From Thecamonas trahens ATCC 50062 (taxonomy: Eukaryota > Protista > Apusomonadida), in assembly GCF_000142905.1 (NCBI RefSeq), contig NW_013657633.1, positions 107,154-171,153 of the forward strand: DNA of 64,000 bases. The letters run 5' to 3'. A program made the translations under genes and the position numbers. Positions 1 through 13,500 of the stretch are shown here, in pieces (within the stretch, counting starts at the first letter, position 1; each line of letters begins with the position of its first letter). Under the pieces are notes generated by a model that searched no databases, was not told where the DNA came from, and saw only the letters and a list, made by a program, of their open reading frames with translations.

Positions 1-1004
1 CGGGTGGGCGAGGGTGGCGGACGGAGAGTACGCTGGTGACTGCCAGGGGCGTCTACGAGTCGGACTAGTGGTGGTGGTGGTGGTCGAGGGGTATATGCCC
101 CAGCCCGGGCTGGGGCTGGCGTATGGGCTCCAGGTCATGGGTGGGGTCGGGACAGGTGGTGAGCCATGGGAGGTGGTTGGCGGTCGGCGGGCGGCGGTCG
201 GCGGTCGGTCGGTGGTCCAACTCCATCTCGGTGGCTTGAAGGCTTGGGCAGACGATGAGACAGGCAGATCGCTGGATGCCAGCCACTGTAACGAGTGCTT
301 ATCTTTGTTGAGGGTGATCATGGTTCGAGTGAGCCGAGTTTGGTGCACAGATGCGTGCAGCGTGGCTACATGACTTGGCAATGGGGGCCCATGTCCCGGT
401 GAGCAGCAGAGATCACCAAAATCCACGTGGCCAGCCCGACACCTGGCAAACGGGCCTTAGCTGGGAAAGGGTCATGGTCCACAATGCTAACCTCTCTCTG
501 GTGGTCCGAAGGATGTGCGATGGTTCTGAGCAGCAACCAGGACAGAGGACGGCCTCTTAGGCTGTACCCCGTCCGTTGTCAACGCCTTTGTCAACGCCTC
601 GATACGCTCGCTTACCCCCCTTTTTTTCGCCCCATCCCTCCTCCTTTCCCCCCCTCTTTCTAAACAAGACCTCCTCCTGCACCCAAGATCCGACGCAACC
701 TTCTTTGGCCGGAGACACTCTATCGTACGGTTGGATAGCTAACAACCTGTACCCCTGCAGGGTGGCGGATCACCCCTACTCGGCCCGGCTCACGCCGGTC
801 CGATCCATGTCTTGTTTTTACCCAAGGTCAGGCCTCTAGTCCAGGCGCATCATGCATGCGACGAGGCAGACAGGTCGGCTTGTGCCTAGTCGGGCCCGAA
901 GAGTCCCTTCCTACGGTCGGGGGCTTCGTTCGACAGGGACACTCCAGTCTACATCATAGAATTGATATGCACTCACCGGCGCAAGTACAGCGATTCAGGT
1001 CCAG

Positions 1005-2217
1005 CTATAGCAGCTTCTTGCGCTTGGGTGGACTCGCGCTTGCCAGCGATGCGGAGGCGCCGCTGAGACTGGGGCGCTTGTTAGACCTGCGGGAGCCTGA
1101 GGAGCGGAGCTCGGAGACGATGACGTCCTGCGAGCACTCAAGAACGCGGTAGGCGACGGTTGCGCGGGAGGCGACGGCGTCCTTTGTGGCGGACGGGAGG
1201 GCAACGGTGTCGAGCGAGAGCGGCTCGATGGAGGAGCCCATGGCGGTCATCCACTTGGTGGCTGCGTCGACGACGGTGGTGTGGCCGTGCATGGCGACGT
1301 CGACGGCGGCCTCAAAGGTGAAGACCTTGTAGCCGTACGAGCCGCTGCGGACGCCGAGGAGCGCCTTGCGCTCGCGTTCGTAGTAGCAGGTGTACTTGAG
1401 GGTGAGGTGGATGGAGCCCTCCTCGATGCCGTCTGCAGTGATGGGCAGGTCGGTGTACTCAGCCACAATACCGTTGGACGAGTGGTTGGCGAGCGCATCG
1501 CGGAGCGAGACAGCGACAGTGCCGACAATCTTGTTCGAGAGCTTGCCAACCCGCTCGATCGAGATTTCCAGCCAGCGGTTGATGGCGGTGACCGAGAACG
1601 TCATCCGCTGGTTCCACTTGGGCAGCATGGTCTTCTCCGAGTTCTCCGACATGTGCGTCTCGTCAAAGTACACCCGGCCCTCTGCCGGAGGCGAGTTGAC
1701 CGACTTGCCAAGCTTGAGCTTGAACATCTGGATCCTGACCCTATACACGCCCTCCTTCTACAACCTCCCCGTCCGACCAAACCAACAGCCCCGCGTCCAT
1801 CCGCCCCCCCCCCCCCCCCCCCCCCCCCCACCGTCATCCGCCATCACCATCAGACCAACGCAGCATATTCCCGATCGTCCCCGGTTTGGCGCCCATTGTG
1901 CGACACGCGTGCCACCCACCATACCCCCCCCCCATTGAGGCCAAGGCCAAGGCCAAGACCAAGCCCCATACACCCCCCACAAAGCCCATAACCAGCCCAT
2001 CATACCCACCGCATACCCCCCATCCCCATCCCCAACGTATTCCGCACCACATCCCATGAGTCCCCTCCCCCCCCCCCCCCCTCCCCGCCCCCCTGTCCCC
2101 CTTCCCTCCACCTCCACATACCATGACAGCCAGCTTGGCATTGGAGACAAAGATGGAGACATCACCGATCTGCAGATTGTCATGAGAGATGATGGCTGCC
2201 TTGCTACTCGAGGCCAT
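1005..2217 (-). CDS. C2-domain protein, 2 exons (2217-2122 and 1757-1005)
   Basis: Exon 1 MASSSKAAIISHDNLQIGDVSIFVSNAKLAVM ends at a GTATGT donor (2121). Acceptor TGTAG at 1758 gives a phase-0 join to KEGVYRVRIQ. The segment ...PKWNQRMTFSV...LEISIERVGKLSNKIVGTVAVSLRD is a C2-type pattern. Confidence 0.7.
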
Positions 2218-2490
2218 GGCGGGTCCACAATCAAGTCAGGTGGTCAGTGCCGAGGAGCCAAGAAGAGCAGACCCCCGCCAAAGACCCGCCCTTGCCGCAC
2301 GCCACACGCCCGCACGCCACACGCCCGCACGCCACATCTCGACACGCCACATCGCGCCATCACAACACGCTGCGAGTCCCGCACTATCATCGCATGCGAT
2401 GGAAACCTCTTCTCGCCCCGCACGCCTCGCCTCGTTCATTGCAACGGCTGGAAGTGGAAAGGCCACGATTTCGACTCTCGCGCCGGCTGG

Positions 2491-3926
2491 CTACCGACGA
2501 TGGTCGTGGAGCTCGCGGACCTTCTGTTCGTACCGCTGCTCGAGAGCGTACTTGAGCTTGCGAAGCTCCTGCTCGCGCTGCTGGTCGCGCTCGACAAGAT
2601 CAGCCTCTGCCATGCGGAGGCGGGAGCGGACCTCGTCCTCGCGGACGCGGACATCTTCCTCGAGCTGCATCTCGCGGGCCTTGAGCGCGTTGTACTTGCG
2701 ACCGTACTCTTCGTCCAAGCTCGCCTTGTACGCGCGCTGCTCGGCCTCGCGGGCTCGGTCGCGCTCCTTGAAGACCTCTGCAGCCTCGTCGAGCTCACGC
2801 TCACGGATGCGGAGGGCCTCGACGCGTGCGGCGTGGTCCGACTCGAGGCGGCGCTTGAGCTCGTGCAGCTCCTGCTCGCGCTCACGATCGCGTGAGAGAA
2901 GCTCGTCCTGCAGGGCCTGCTTCTGCCGCTCAAAATCAGCCTCCTTGGCCTTGAGCTCGCGCAGCTTGGCGCGATACTTGTTTTCCATCTCGGCATTGAT
3001 CTCGGCGCGATACAGGTCGCGCTGCCGCTGAAGCTCGACCTCGCGGTTTTTGAGCTCGGCCACTGTCTCGCGGTACTGTGCGTCGACCCGCTCACGGTAT
3101 GCCAGCTGCTCCGACTCGCGCTCGGCGTCCCGCCGCTGCAGCTCCTCCTTCATCCGCTCGATCTCCTCCTCCCTCCTCCGCACCTCGCCCATCTTGGTCG
3201 CATACGCCTCGTCCACCCGCGCCTTGTACTTTTCCACGTCCTCCTCACGGTCCCTGTCGCGCTCTTCAAACTCCTCGGTCATCTACCACCGCCAGGGAGA
3301 GGATGTCTAGCGATAAGTCGATCATCAAGCGCCCCCCCCCCCTCCCCTCCCCTCCCCTCCCCCTCCCTCTACGTACCCGGATAAACGTCTCCCACAGGGC
3401 GCGATCCCTCGAATGACGCATGTCTGCCAACTGGCTCTCCATCTGTCCTTGCCATCCATCGATGCCGTCAGTCCCGGGTCCCGTCAGTGTCCGTCAGCAA
3501 GCCGTTCCGCAGCCATAGCCAGCATCCATGCCCACCAGCACAGGCATGACCCAGACACCCTCCCCTTATCCGCATGAGTACCCACCCTTTTAGGACCCCT
3601 CCCCTCTTCTATCTACCTCCACCCACACCATCCATGACTGTGGCTGTACCCGTAGGTGTGTGTGCCTCCTCCCCTCCCTCCCTCCCCGCTCGGGTCACCC
3701 GCCCAATGACCGCCAACAGTCAACGGCCGTTGGCCACCAGCACCACCACCAGCACCAGCACCAGCACCACCAGCACCAGCACCACCACCAGTACCACCAG
3801 AGATACCACTGGTACCAATACCAGTACAATAGCCTCCCCTCTACCCTACATCTCTGCGCTGCGTACTGCTGAGACTCGCTGGAGATACTCTTCCTGTTCC
3901 CGCTCCCATCGCTGCTTGACGTCCAT
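2491..3926 (-). CDS. E/R-rich coiled-coil protein, spliced, 5' structure uncertain
   Basis: 263-aa charged coiled-coil ORF 3282-2491 is directly preceded by a TAG acceptor. Candidate upstream exon 3926-3867 (MDVKQRWEREQEEYLQRVSA) has a GTACGC donor and joins in phase 0. An alternative small exon near 3377-3423 is possible. Confidence 0.6.
3735..3830 (+). repeat. (CAC/CAG/TAC)n imperfect trinucleotide tract
   Basis: caccagcaccaccaccagcaccagcacc... read directly; lies in the predicted intron. Confidence 0.85.
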
Positions 3927-3965
3927 GCTTGCTTTGCTGCACACTGAACAGGAGACAGGAGTTGG

Positions 3966-4262
3966 TGACTGACCACCACTGATGACCACCATCACCACTG
4001 ATCACCACCATTGATGACCGCCATCACCACTGACCACCACCACTGACCACTACCACTGACCACCACCATTGATGACCACCATTGATGACCACCACCACTG
4101 ATGACCACCACTGATGACCACCACTGATGACCACCACCACCACCACTGATGACCACCATCACCACTGACCACCACCACTGATGACTACTGATGACCACCA
4201 CTGATGACCACCATTGATGACCACCACTGATGACTACTGATGACCCACCATCACCACTGATC
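3966..4262 (+). repeat. degenerate minisatellite with unit like CCACTGATGACCACCA, running into the N gap
   Basis: many copies of (c)cactgatgaccacca(c) visible. Confidence 0.9.
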
Positions 4263-4515
4263 GANNNNNNNNNNNNNNNNNNNNNNNNNNNNNNNNNNNN
4301 NNNNNNNNNNNNNNNNNNNNNNNNNNNNNNNNNNNNNNNNNNNNNNNNNNNNNNNNNNNNNNNNGGGGGGGGAAAAAAAAAAACGAACGAAAACCTCCGA
4401 GCGGGTGTCGTCGATGTAAGGCTTCTTTTTGGGGGGCTGAGGGACGAGGCGGTGAAAAACACCCCCACCCCACCCCACCCCCCACCCCACCCCACCCCCT
4501 CCCACCCCCTCCACC

Positions 4516-7500
4516 ATGTCTGTCTCCACCCCACGCACACCATCATCTCCTGTCGGTGACGCTCTAGATGCCCGCCACCAGTGGCTGACCGCCAAGCTCT
4601 CGGCCGCCTTTGCCATGCCCGACACAGAAGCCATCCGGGCATACCTTGCCGACCCGGGCATCCTTCCCCGGATCAACGCCTTTCTCTCTGGTGGTCCGCG
4701 TGCTTTGGTCTTCTTTCAGCGTGCTGCGGGTGAGGCGGTGCCTGGCAAGCGCCCACCGTCTGTCGCAAAGCCGTCGCCGGCCTCCGCGTCGGGCGCCAAC
4801 CTCGCCGAGCGGAGTGATGCGCTTGCCCGCGCCTCATCATCGGTCTCGTTGTCGGGCAACTCGGATAGCTCGCCGTCCGGCGCGCCGGGCATCCAGCCGC
4901 ACTCTTCTAAGGTCGCCTGGGCCGTCCCGTTCTACCTCGCTGACCCGCGGACGGACATCTTCTTCCGCAAGGGCGCGTACTTTGTGCGCCTCGCGCCGTC
5001 GCTCCCGGTCTCGGAGCCGCGCATTTCCGATGAAGTCGCCTTTGGCGAGCTCATGTCTTCGGTCCTCGAGTCGTCGCACAAGCTCCTCCTCGATGTCTTT
5101 GTCCCGCACCTCCAGCATCGCGAGGACTGGGGCCAGGCTCCGCCCGACGCCGTCACCCAGTTCTTCAATCATGTCTCGTCGATGACCTCGGTCCTCAACG
5201 AGGCACTCAAGGCCGTCCAGGGTGGCATCAAGCTCCGCAAGGCCGACTCCGAGTTTGTGGTCGAGAACAAGCAGCAGGCGTTCAACAAGGCCGCCACGAA
5301 CCCGTCGCTCGTCGCCCACTACGAGGCCATCATGGACGAGTGGTGCACTCAGATCGAGCGACTCATCAACGACCGCGCTCTTGTCGACCCAGGCGCGGCC
5401 GCTCTGGCGGCAACAGCTGCCGGTAAGGTTGGCCCGGCCGAGTCGTCCGCCCCGTCAGCTGCCGCCCTCGCTGCACTCGCCGACGTCGGTCCACTCGCCC
5501 TCCTCGAGTTCTGGCGCGCCCGCGAGGCCCAGCTCCGCTCGCTCATCGAGCAGCTCAAGACCTACGAGCGCAAGGTCATTCTCGGCGTCCTTGTCACCGC
5601 CCACTCCAAGGCCCTCCGCCAGTGGCGTCTCCTTGACCCGCTCGTCACTGACGCCATCAACGAGGCCAAGGACTCGCACAAGTACCTCGAGCTCGTCCGC
5701 AAGTATGTCGAGCCACTCTACTTTGGTACCGTCTCCGCCATGACCGAGGCGCTTCCGGGCCTTTTCAACGCCATCAAGATCATCCACCAGTCGGCCAAGT
5801 TTTGCGCCGAGCCAGGTCCCATGATGGACCTCCTCACCCGCATCTCGCGCCAGCTCGCCCTCGCCTGCAAGCGCCACGTCTCCAAGGGCGGCGCCATCCT
5901 CGCTCAGGACCCCAAGCTCGTGGCTGCCAAGATCGACGACGCCATGGCTCTCATTTCCGCCTACAAGCGCGCCTTTCGTCACGTCCGCTCAAAGGCCAAC
6001 CAGGAGCTCAAGACTCGCCGCGACCGCGCCTTTGCCTACTCGGAGACCGCCGTCTTTGCCGCCCTTGTCTCGCTGGAGGCCCGTCTCTATCGCGTCTCGG
6101 ACGTCGTCCGCACCGCCTCGCAGTTTCGCGCCCTCGCCGAACATCCGGCCCTCCCCAACATGGCCCCTGTCGCATCGGCCTTTGAGTCGCTCCTTGACTC
6201 GTTCTCCTCCACAAAGTACGAACTGCTCGACGATTCGGAGCAGGCCTTTGAGCCCGACTACGCCGCTTTTCAGGACGCGGTTGCCACCCTCGAGAACGAG
6301 CTTCTTGCCCGCATCGACTCGGCGTTTGAGAAGACTTCCGAGACCGAGGACGCACTCGCCATGCTCCAGTCCCTCGAGGGGCTTGTCCACCGCGCCTCCC
6401 TCAAGACCAACCTCGACTCCAAGTACCTTGTAATCTTCCACAACTACGGCGCAGACCTTGGCGAGGCTGCCGCACTCTTCGAGTCGCTCAAGCATGCCCC
6501 GCCCACCATCCGCAACGCCCCACCCGTCGCCGGAAACATCATCTGGGCCCGCCAGCTCCTCCGCCGCATCGAGGAGCCCATGAAGAAGTTCCAGGGCATC
6601 GAGTCTATCATGGCTGCGCCCGCCGCCGTCCCGGTCATCCGCAACTACAACCGCCTCGCCAAAAAGCTCGTCAAGTTCGAGACGCTCTGGTTCTACATGT
6701 GGTCGCAGCGGGTTGTTGACGCCGGCGACGTCCTCTCCGCCCCGCTCATCGTCCGCTCGCCGACCTCGGGCCACCTCTACGTCAACATCCACCCCCGCTT
6801 CCTCCAGCTCATCGATGAGGCCAAGTGGCTCACTCGCCTTGGCCTCGAACTTCCGGCCGCCGCCCTTGCCGTCGCGGACACCGGCGCCCGCGTCAAGGAC
6901 TACTACGCAAAGCTCTCTTTCCTCGTCGATGAGTTTGCCCGCATCACTGCCTCCATCAACCCGACGCTCCGGCCGCTGCTGGCCGAGCCGCTCAGCGACT
7001 TGCTCGGCCGCATGATGCCGGGCATTACCACCTTGACATGGTCGTCTATGAACATCGACGGCTTCCTCTTTCGCGTCCACGCCGCCTTTGACAAGTTCGA
7101 GGTCCTTGTCACCCGCGCCAACACCCTCCTTGTCGCCTCGGTCCTCCGTCCGCTCGACTTTATTGCCCAGTCCTCGCTCCTCCGCCTCTCGCCACCCAGC
7201 CCGTACTCGCTCGGCGAGTTTGTCGATGCCCAGATCCGGTCCATCCGCGCCCACGCCGCCGCTTTTCGCGCCGCTGCCTCGCGCATCGAGACTGCGCTCG
7301 CCATCATCGTCGAGGAAGTCTCCGCCCATCCCACTGAGCTCTCCACCCTCAAGGTCTCGCCCGACGTCATTGCAGACTTTGTCTCGTTCTTCTCAAACAT
7401 GCTCTCCGCCGCCCTCGGCGCCACTGTCAAGCGTGCCCTCTTCGACCTCCGCTCCGCGCTCACCCCGCTCGAGCCGGCCGCGCTCATCGACCCGCCACAC

Positions 7501-10500
7501 GAGCTTGTGGCATCCCGCGCGCCCTTTCTCGCTGTCGACGTCGAGCTCTCCATCCCGCACGTCCACATCAACCCCTCGCTTGACGAGCTCCAGCGCGCTC
7601 TCAACCAGGTTGTCTCCGAGCTCATCCGCATCACAAAGTCGGTCGCCGCTCTCTCCACCCTCCCGTCGCGCCTCCGCATCGCCAACTCGCGCCCCGACGG
7701 CTCGTTCTTCACCTCGGAAGAGTTGTTTGCCTCGGTCGACATGCCGCTCACCCGCCTCGCCATGCTCGGTCTCGACGCCTCCACCACAGCGCAGACGGCA
7801 GCATCCGGAGACGCGGCCGCCGGCGCCCAGTCGAACCCCACGCTACCCACAACGTCGCACTCGGCGACGACTTCGGCGGTGGCGACCGCTGCTGCTGCTC
7901 TTTCGGCGAGCAGCGGCACTTCCGAGTACCACCCGGCCGAGCTAGCCGTCCTCTCCTCGCCGCTCTACGTCGCAGACAACAACTACCACGAGACGCTCTC
8001 CCAGAATCCGACCATTGTCCGGCTCGTGCTTCTGCTCTCCGGCAAAGCCGCCACTCTCGCGCAGGCGCTCTCGACCTACCTCTCTGCCTTTGTCAAGTAC
8101 GCCTACCTCTGGGGCAACACACTCCAGCAAGAGTACGCCGCCTTTCTCTCGGCCTCACCGCTCGTCGTCGACTTTGAGGCCGAGATCCAGCGCTTTGTCG
8201 ACGTCGAGGCCTCCATCCAGGCTATGCACTCGTCCGCGCTCCTCGGACCGCTCCTCCTCTACACCCAAGCCCTCAAGTACTCGCTTCGCTCAGAGGCTGC
8301 AAGCTGGAAAGCCCGCTACGCCGAAACGCTCCACGCCCGTGGCTCGTCCAAGCTCCGCAAGCTCGCCTCGTACATCAACTCGACCACCTCGCGCTTGCAG
8401 CGCGACATTGTCACCCTCGACGACCTCCGTAAGGTCATGTTTGTCCTCCGCGACATGCGCGCCCAAGAGGCCGTCATCGACATGGAGTTTATTCCGCTCG
8501 AGGAAATGTTTGCTCTCCTCGCCCGCCACCAGGTCCACATCAACAAGGCCGAGCTCTCCCACACCCGCCGCCTCCGCGCAAAATGGCAGAAGCTCAAGGC
8601 GCTCGCCGCCACCGAGAACGACCATCTGCTCCAACTGCAGAACCACTTTAAGCACGCCCTCCTCTCAGACGTCGAGTCGTTTGCCATCGAGGTCATCCAG
8701 TTCCGCAACAACTACAACACCCGTGGCCCCATGGCCGTCCTCGCCGCTGATGGCGCGTCGGTCGACCCCAAGGACGGCTTTGGGCGCCTTCGTGTCTTCC
8801 AGGCCATGTTTGCTAAGCTCGAGACAAAGTTCAACTACTTTCGCCGCGGCGAGCGCCTCTTTGGCCTTCCGCCGCGGCCTTTTCCCGGCCTCCTCCGCAC
8901 CCGCCGCGAGCTGGACATGCTTGACGCTCTCCACACCTTGCACTCGGCCGTCTCTGCCTCGCTTCGTCGCTTCGAGTACACTCTCTGGGCGGACACCGAC
9001 ATCTCAACCATGTCTGCCCGTCTCCACCAGCTCGCTACCCAAATGCGCGCCCTCCCACTCGCTGTTCGCGAATGGTCGCTGTACAAGTCAACCTATGCCC
9101 GCCTCGCCTCGTGGATCGCCCTCCTCCCTCTTCTCTCCGCCCTCGCCGATGCTGCCATCAAGAATCGCCACTGGATTTCCATCATGCAAGCCACGGGCAC
9201 CACCTTTTCGCTCGAGTCGCAGTCGTTCATGCTCGCGCACTTGCTCGAGGTCGACCTCCTCGCAAACGCCCAGCAAGTCCGCCGCATCGCCTACGCTGCA
9301 AAGAAAGAGCTCGACATCGAGCACTCGCTCAACAAGCTCGAGGACTTGTGGAACGAGATGACGCTCGAGTTTGTACCCTCTTACAAGGGCCGTGACGGCA
9401 TCGCCGTCCTCGACGTCGCTTCTGCAAAGGCCATCATGCACACCATGGAGAACTCGCTCATGGACATCTCCACCATGCTTGCCTCGCCCTTTGTCGCTCC
9501 CTTTTACGATACCCTCACCACCTGGCTCGCCCAGCTCTCGTCGGCCTCGGAGCTCCTCGAGTCATGGCTCTTTGTTCAGTCTATGTGGATCCACCTCTCC
9601 GCCGTCTTTACCTCGGTCACCATCCAGAAACAGATGCCCGCAGAAGCCGCTCGCTTCTCTGTCATCGACACAAAGTGGGTCCGTATCATGCGCCGTACCT
9701 CGACAGAGGCCAACGTTCTAGCCTGCTGCGTCTTTAACGACTCGCTTCGCTCATACCTCCCGCATCTGCGCGCCGAGCTTGAGCTCTGCCAGATCTCGCT
9801 CAAAGGCTTTCTCGAGCTCAAGCGCTCCGCCTTTCCGCGCTTCTACTTTGTCTCAGACTCGGCGCTACTTGAGCTCATTTCCGCTGCCTCCTCACCAACG
9901 CCGTCGCCGCACACTTTGACCAGTTCTTTGACTCGGTCGTTGGTGTCGTTCTCGACTCGGACCCTCTTCCTGGCTCTTCCGCGAACCCGTCAGGCCCTGC
10001 CGCTGCTCGCAACGCTGACCATGCATCTCACCCTGCTTCCACGCCAGTCTCCTCCGCTCTCGCTGCCCTCGACGACGCTGCCTCCATCCTCGCCCTCCGT
10101 TCGGCAGAAGGCGAGATCCTGCCGCTCCTTGCCTCGGTCACTGCCTCACCAAACCTCACCGAGTGGCTCACCGCCCTGCTAGAGCAGATGCGCCTCACCC
10201 TCCGCTCGCTCATCCGCCGTGCCGCCAAGGAGTGCTTCTCGATCGACCTCGAAGACCTGCTGCGGACGTACCCTTCGCAAGTTGCCCAGCTCGCCCTCTA
10301 CCTCATTTTTACCGAGGCCTCTGAGAACTCCATTCGCCGCATCCGCACTGAAAAGTCGGCTCTCTTCAACACCGCGCAGTACATCAAGCACGTGCTCTCT
10401 GTTGTCCAAGACCTCGTCTCCCGCGCCACCGATCGTCTCGACCGCATCAAGATGGAGGCCCTCGCCACCGTCCAGGTGCACCTCCGCGACGCCTACGACG

Positions 10501-13500
10501 ACATCCTTCGCCGCAAGGTCTACTCGCTCACAGACTTTGAGTGGACAAAGCACTTGCGAATCTATTGGCGCGCCACCGATGCCACCCCGCACGTCGAAGT
10601 TGCGCTCGGCCCGCACTCGCTCGTCCACCAGTACGAGTACATCGGCGCCGCCCCACGCCTCGTAGTCACTGCGGCCACAAAGCGGACCGCGTCTATGCTG
10701 CTCGACGCCACTGTCGCCGGCCAAGCCGTCGTCCTCGCCGGCCCGCCGAGCTCAGGCAAGTCCGAGACCCTGCGCACCCTCGCCGCACTCGCTGGAAAGT
10801 ACCATGCCCCGCTCGCCTGCTCACCCTCTTTATCGCTTCTGACATGGTCCGCATCGTCAAGGGCATGGCCCTCTCCCGCGCCTGGGTCCATCTCGACGGC
10901 ATCCACCTCCTCAAGCCGCCTGTCCTTGGCATCCTTGGCCACCATCTCTTTGCCCTCTCCCATGCCCTCCGACTCAACTTGCCGTTTGCCGTCCTGGCCT
11001 CAGGTGAAGCCCTTCCGCTCTCGCAGCTCTACTCGCGGGGCTTCAAGCCTCGCCCCATCGCCGTCGGCCCCGACGCCGCGGCTGCAGGCGTCCCGCAAGC
11101 TGCTGCAGACCAGGATGTCGCCGCAGATCAGGCCCTCGCTGTCTCCACCACATCCGACGGCATGGAGAACCCCAACCGCAGGAGTGCTTCCACCACCGCT
11201 CGCGCTCGCGCCTCGGCCCGCCGCTCCATCTCCTCCCGCCGCGCTGCACTCGCCCACGGCTCGACCCTCGCCTCCAAGACCAGCTCGCTCCTCATGGGCC
11301 CCTCAGTCGACAAGCGCATCGCCTCGCGGACCGTCGACACTCCGCTCTCGTCTCTTGCGCCCTCGCTCTCGCTCTTTGTCGGAGGCGATTCTGCGGCCGG
11401 TCGCTCGTCGTCAGCCTCGCTGCCTGGCATCGTGCTCCAGCTACCCCCACCCGAGACGCCACAGCCGAGCGCATCGGGTGTCGCCACTCCCTTGGACCGC
11501 CGTGGCGCCACCCGCCTCGACTACCGCGGTGTCCCGGTCTCCGCCGCGGCCCCGTCCGGCATCACCTTCCGTGTCCCGGATGAGGGCGTCGGTCGCTCCG
11601 GTAATCTTCTCAGCCCCGGCCACGGCCTCACTACAGGCGCCCTCCGCTCGTCACTGGCCGACCCGGCCCACGACCAAGTCGCACAACATTCATCTACCCC
11701 TGACGAGGCCGAACGCTCCCGTGATGCCCGCCACAAAGCTGGACTCTCGCCGCCGCAAATCACCGCCGTTGCGCAAGCCCTCGTCGAGGACATGCCCGAC
11801 TCGCTTCAACCACCGACGTACATGCTCAAGGAGCCACTCGGCCTCTTCGCCACTGCGCTCCTAACCTCAAGTTCGCCGCTCGCGGGCCTCCCAGCCTCGC
11901 AAGCTGTTCTCTTCAGGACCGTCACCGTTGTCACACCAGACAAGGACATGCTTGTCCGAGCCCGGCTCGTTGCCGCCGGCTTTTACTACGCCGAGCGCCT
12001 CACTCGCAAGCTCACCTCGACTCTTCGCGCCGCACAGGCAACCCTCTCGCGCGCCATCCACTACGACTGGTCGTATCGCTTCCTCGTCGCCGTCCTCGAC
12101 CGTACCTGCCTTCTTCGGCGCCAGGCTGGTCCCTCCGCCAACGAGTCGCACACGGTCATGGCCGCCCTCGCCCAGCTCACCCTGCCGCGCCTCCTACCTT
12201 CAGATATGCCGCCGTTTCTGGTCCTCCTCCGCGAGACCTTTGCCGCCACCGACATTGTCGATGATCCCAACGCGCCAGCGGCCCCTCCTGGTGCTACCGG
12301 TGAGCTCACCGCTGCTGGCATGGTCGGCGACGGCAGTGGCGCCGGATCCGGTGCGGGATCAGGTCCGCGCCAGAGTCAAATGGGCTCGTCGGGCATCGAG
12401 TCGATGCTCTCGGCCCATGCTCGCCGCCGCCGCGCCCAGGTCCGCTCGCGCCGCACCAACGACCGTGACCGCACAGCCGAGGCCGAGACCGAGGCTACTG
12501 CCGCTGCTGCTGCCGCCGCCGCCGCGCGCACCGTCCCCTTTATCGACGGCGTCGGCCGTCTGCCAGTGTCCAAGGCTCCCCAGGCCACCAAGATTCCTCT
12601 CAACGCACGGGGAGGCGGTCCCGGTGCGCCGGGCTCTACCCGACTTGCCTTTGACTCGCCTCGTGAGTCGTCGGCGTCGTCGCTTACTGTTCCTCGCACG
12701 TCAATCACCGCAAACGCAGGCGCGTCCACCGGCGCAGACGCAGGCTCGAGCTCGTCGCCGGCGGGCGTTCCCACTCTTGATATACCAGCTGCGGGCGAGC
12801 CCGATGTCGAACCGCCGACCCTTGCCACCATGACCGTCGCCCAAGCCGCAGCCGCGCTCCGATTGACGCACAACCTCGCCCACAAGACCTCAGTGCCCGA
12901 GCTCTCCGAGACCGCGCTCTTGGCTTCGCTCGAGAAAGTGGTCACCGCAACCGCCCAGTCGGCCTCGCTTGTTGCCTCCAGTGATTGGGTCGAGAAGCTC
13001 CTGCAGCTCTTTGTCTCGTTGCGAAACTGGGAGTCGACCGTTCTTCTCGGCCCGCCAGGCACCGGTAAGTCAACCGCGCTTGAAGTCCTTGTCGCAGCCC
13101 TGCATCCGTCGCTGGCGAGACTCGCTGCCGCCAGCGAGTCGCCGGCAGGCGAGGACGATGCCCGCGAGGGCTCGACCGGTGATCCTTCACTGTACCGGGT
13201 GGTGCGGATCAATCCCTACGCCCACACTACCCGCGAGCTTGTCGGCGAGGCCGACCCTCGCTCTGGCGACTGGGCCGATGGCCTTGTAGCCGCCACCGTC
13301 CGTCGCGCCATGGAAGAGTCGGAAGTCAGCCACTACATGGTGCTCGACGCACCAGTCGATCCAGTCTGGGCCGATCCGCTCGTGTCCATGCTTGATCCTT
13401 CTCGCAAGCTCGTTCTCACCTCGAACATGTACCTCGCACTCCCACCGAACATGCACATTCTCCTGGAAACGACCTCGCTCGAACATGCCTCGCCACAGCT

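Noticed and set aside
1-138. Minus-strand ORF start MTWSPYASPSPGWG... running off the left edge
   Set aside because: Only 46 codons are visible with no recognisable motif, so it cannot be supported from this window.
561-991. Possible MITE bounded by GCTGTAC / GTACAGC
   Set aside because: Only a 7-bp perfect inverted match, with no target-site duplication and no second copy seen.
3966-4262. CRISPR-like or telomere-like array
   Set aside because: It is a degenerate CAC/GATGAC minisatellite with no unique spacers and no fixed telomeric unit, in a eukaryotic context with no cas genes.
4516-11864. Three separate dynein genes or a dynein pseudogene
   Set aside because: Conserved motifs continue across both frame breaks with one added base, and no in-frame stops occur elsewhere, so it is best read as one gene.
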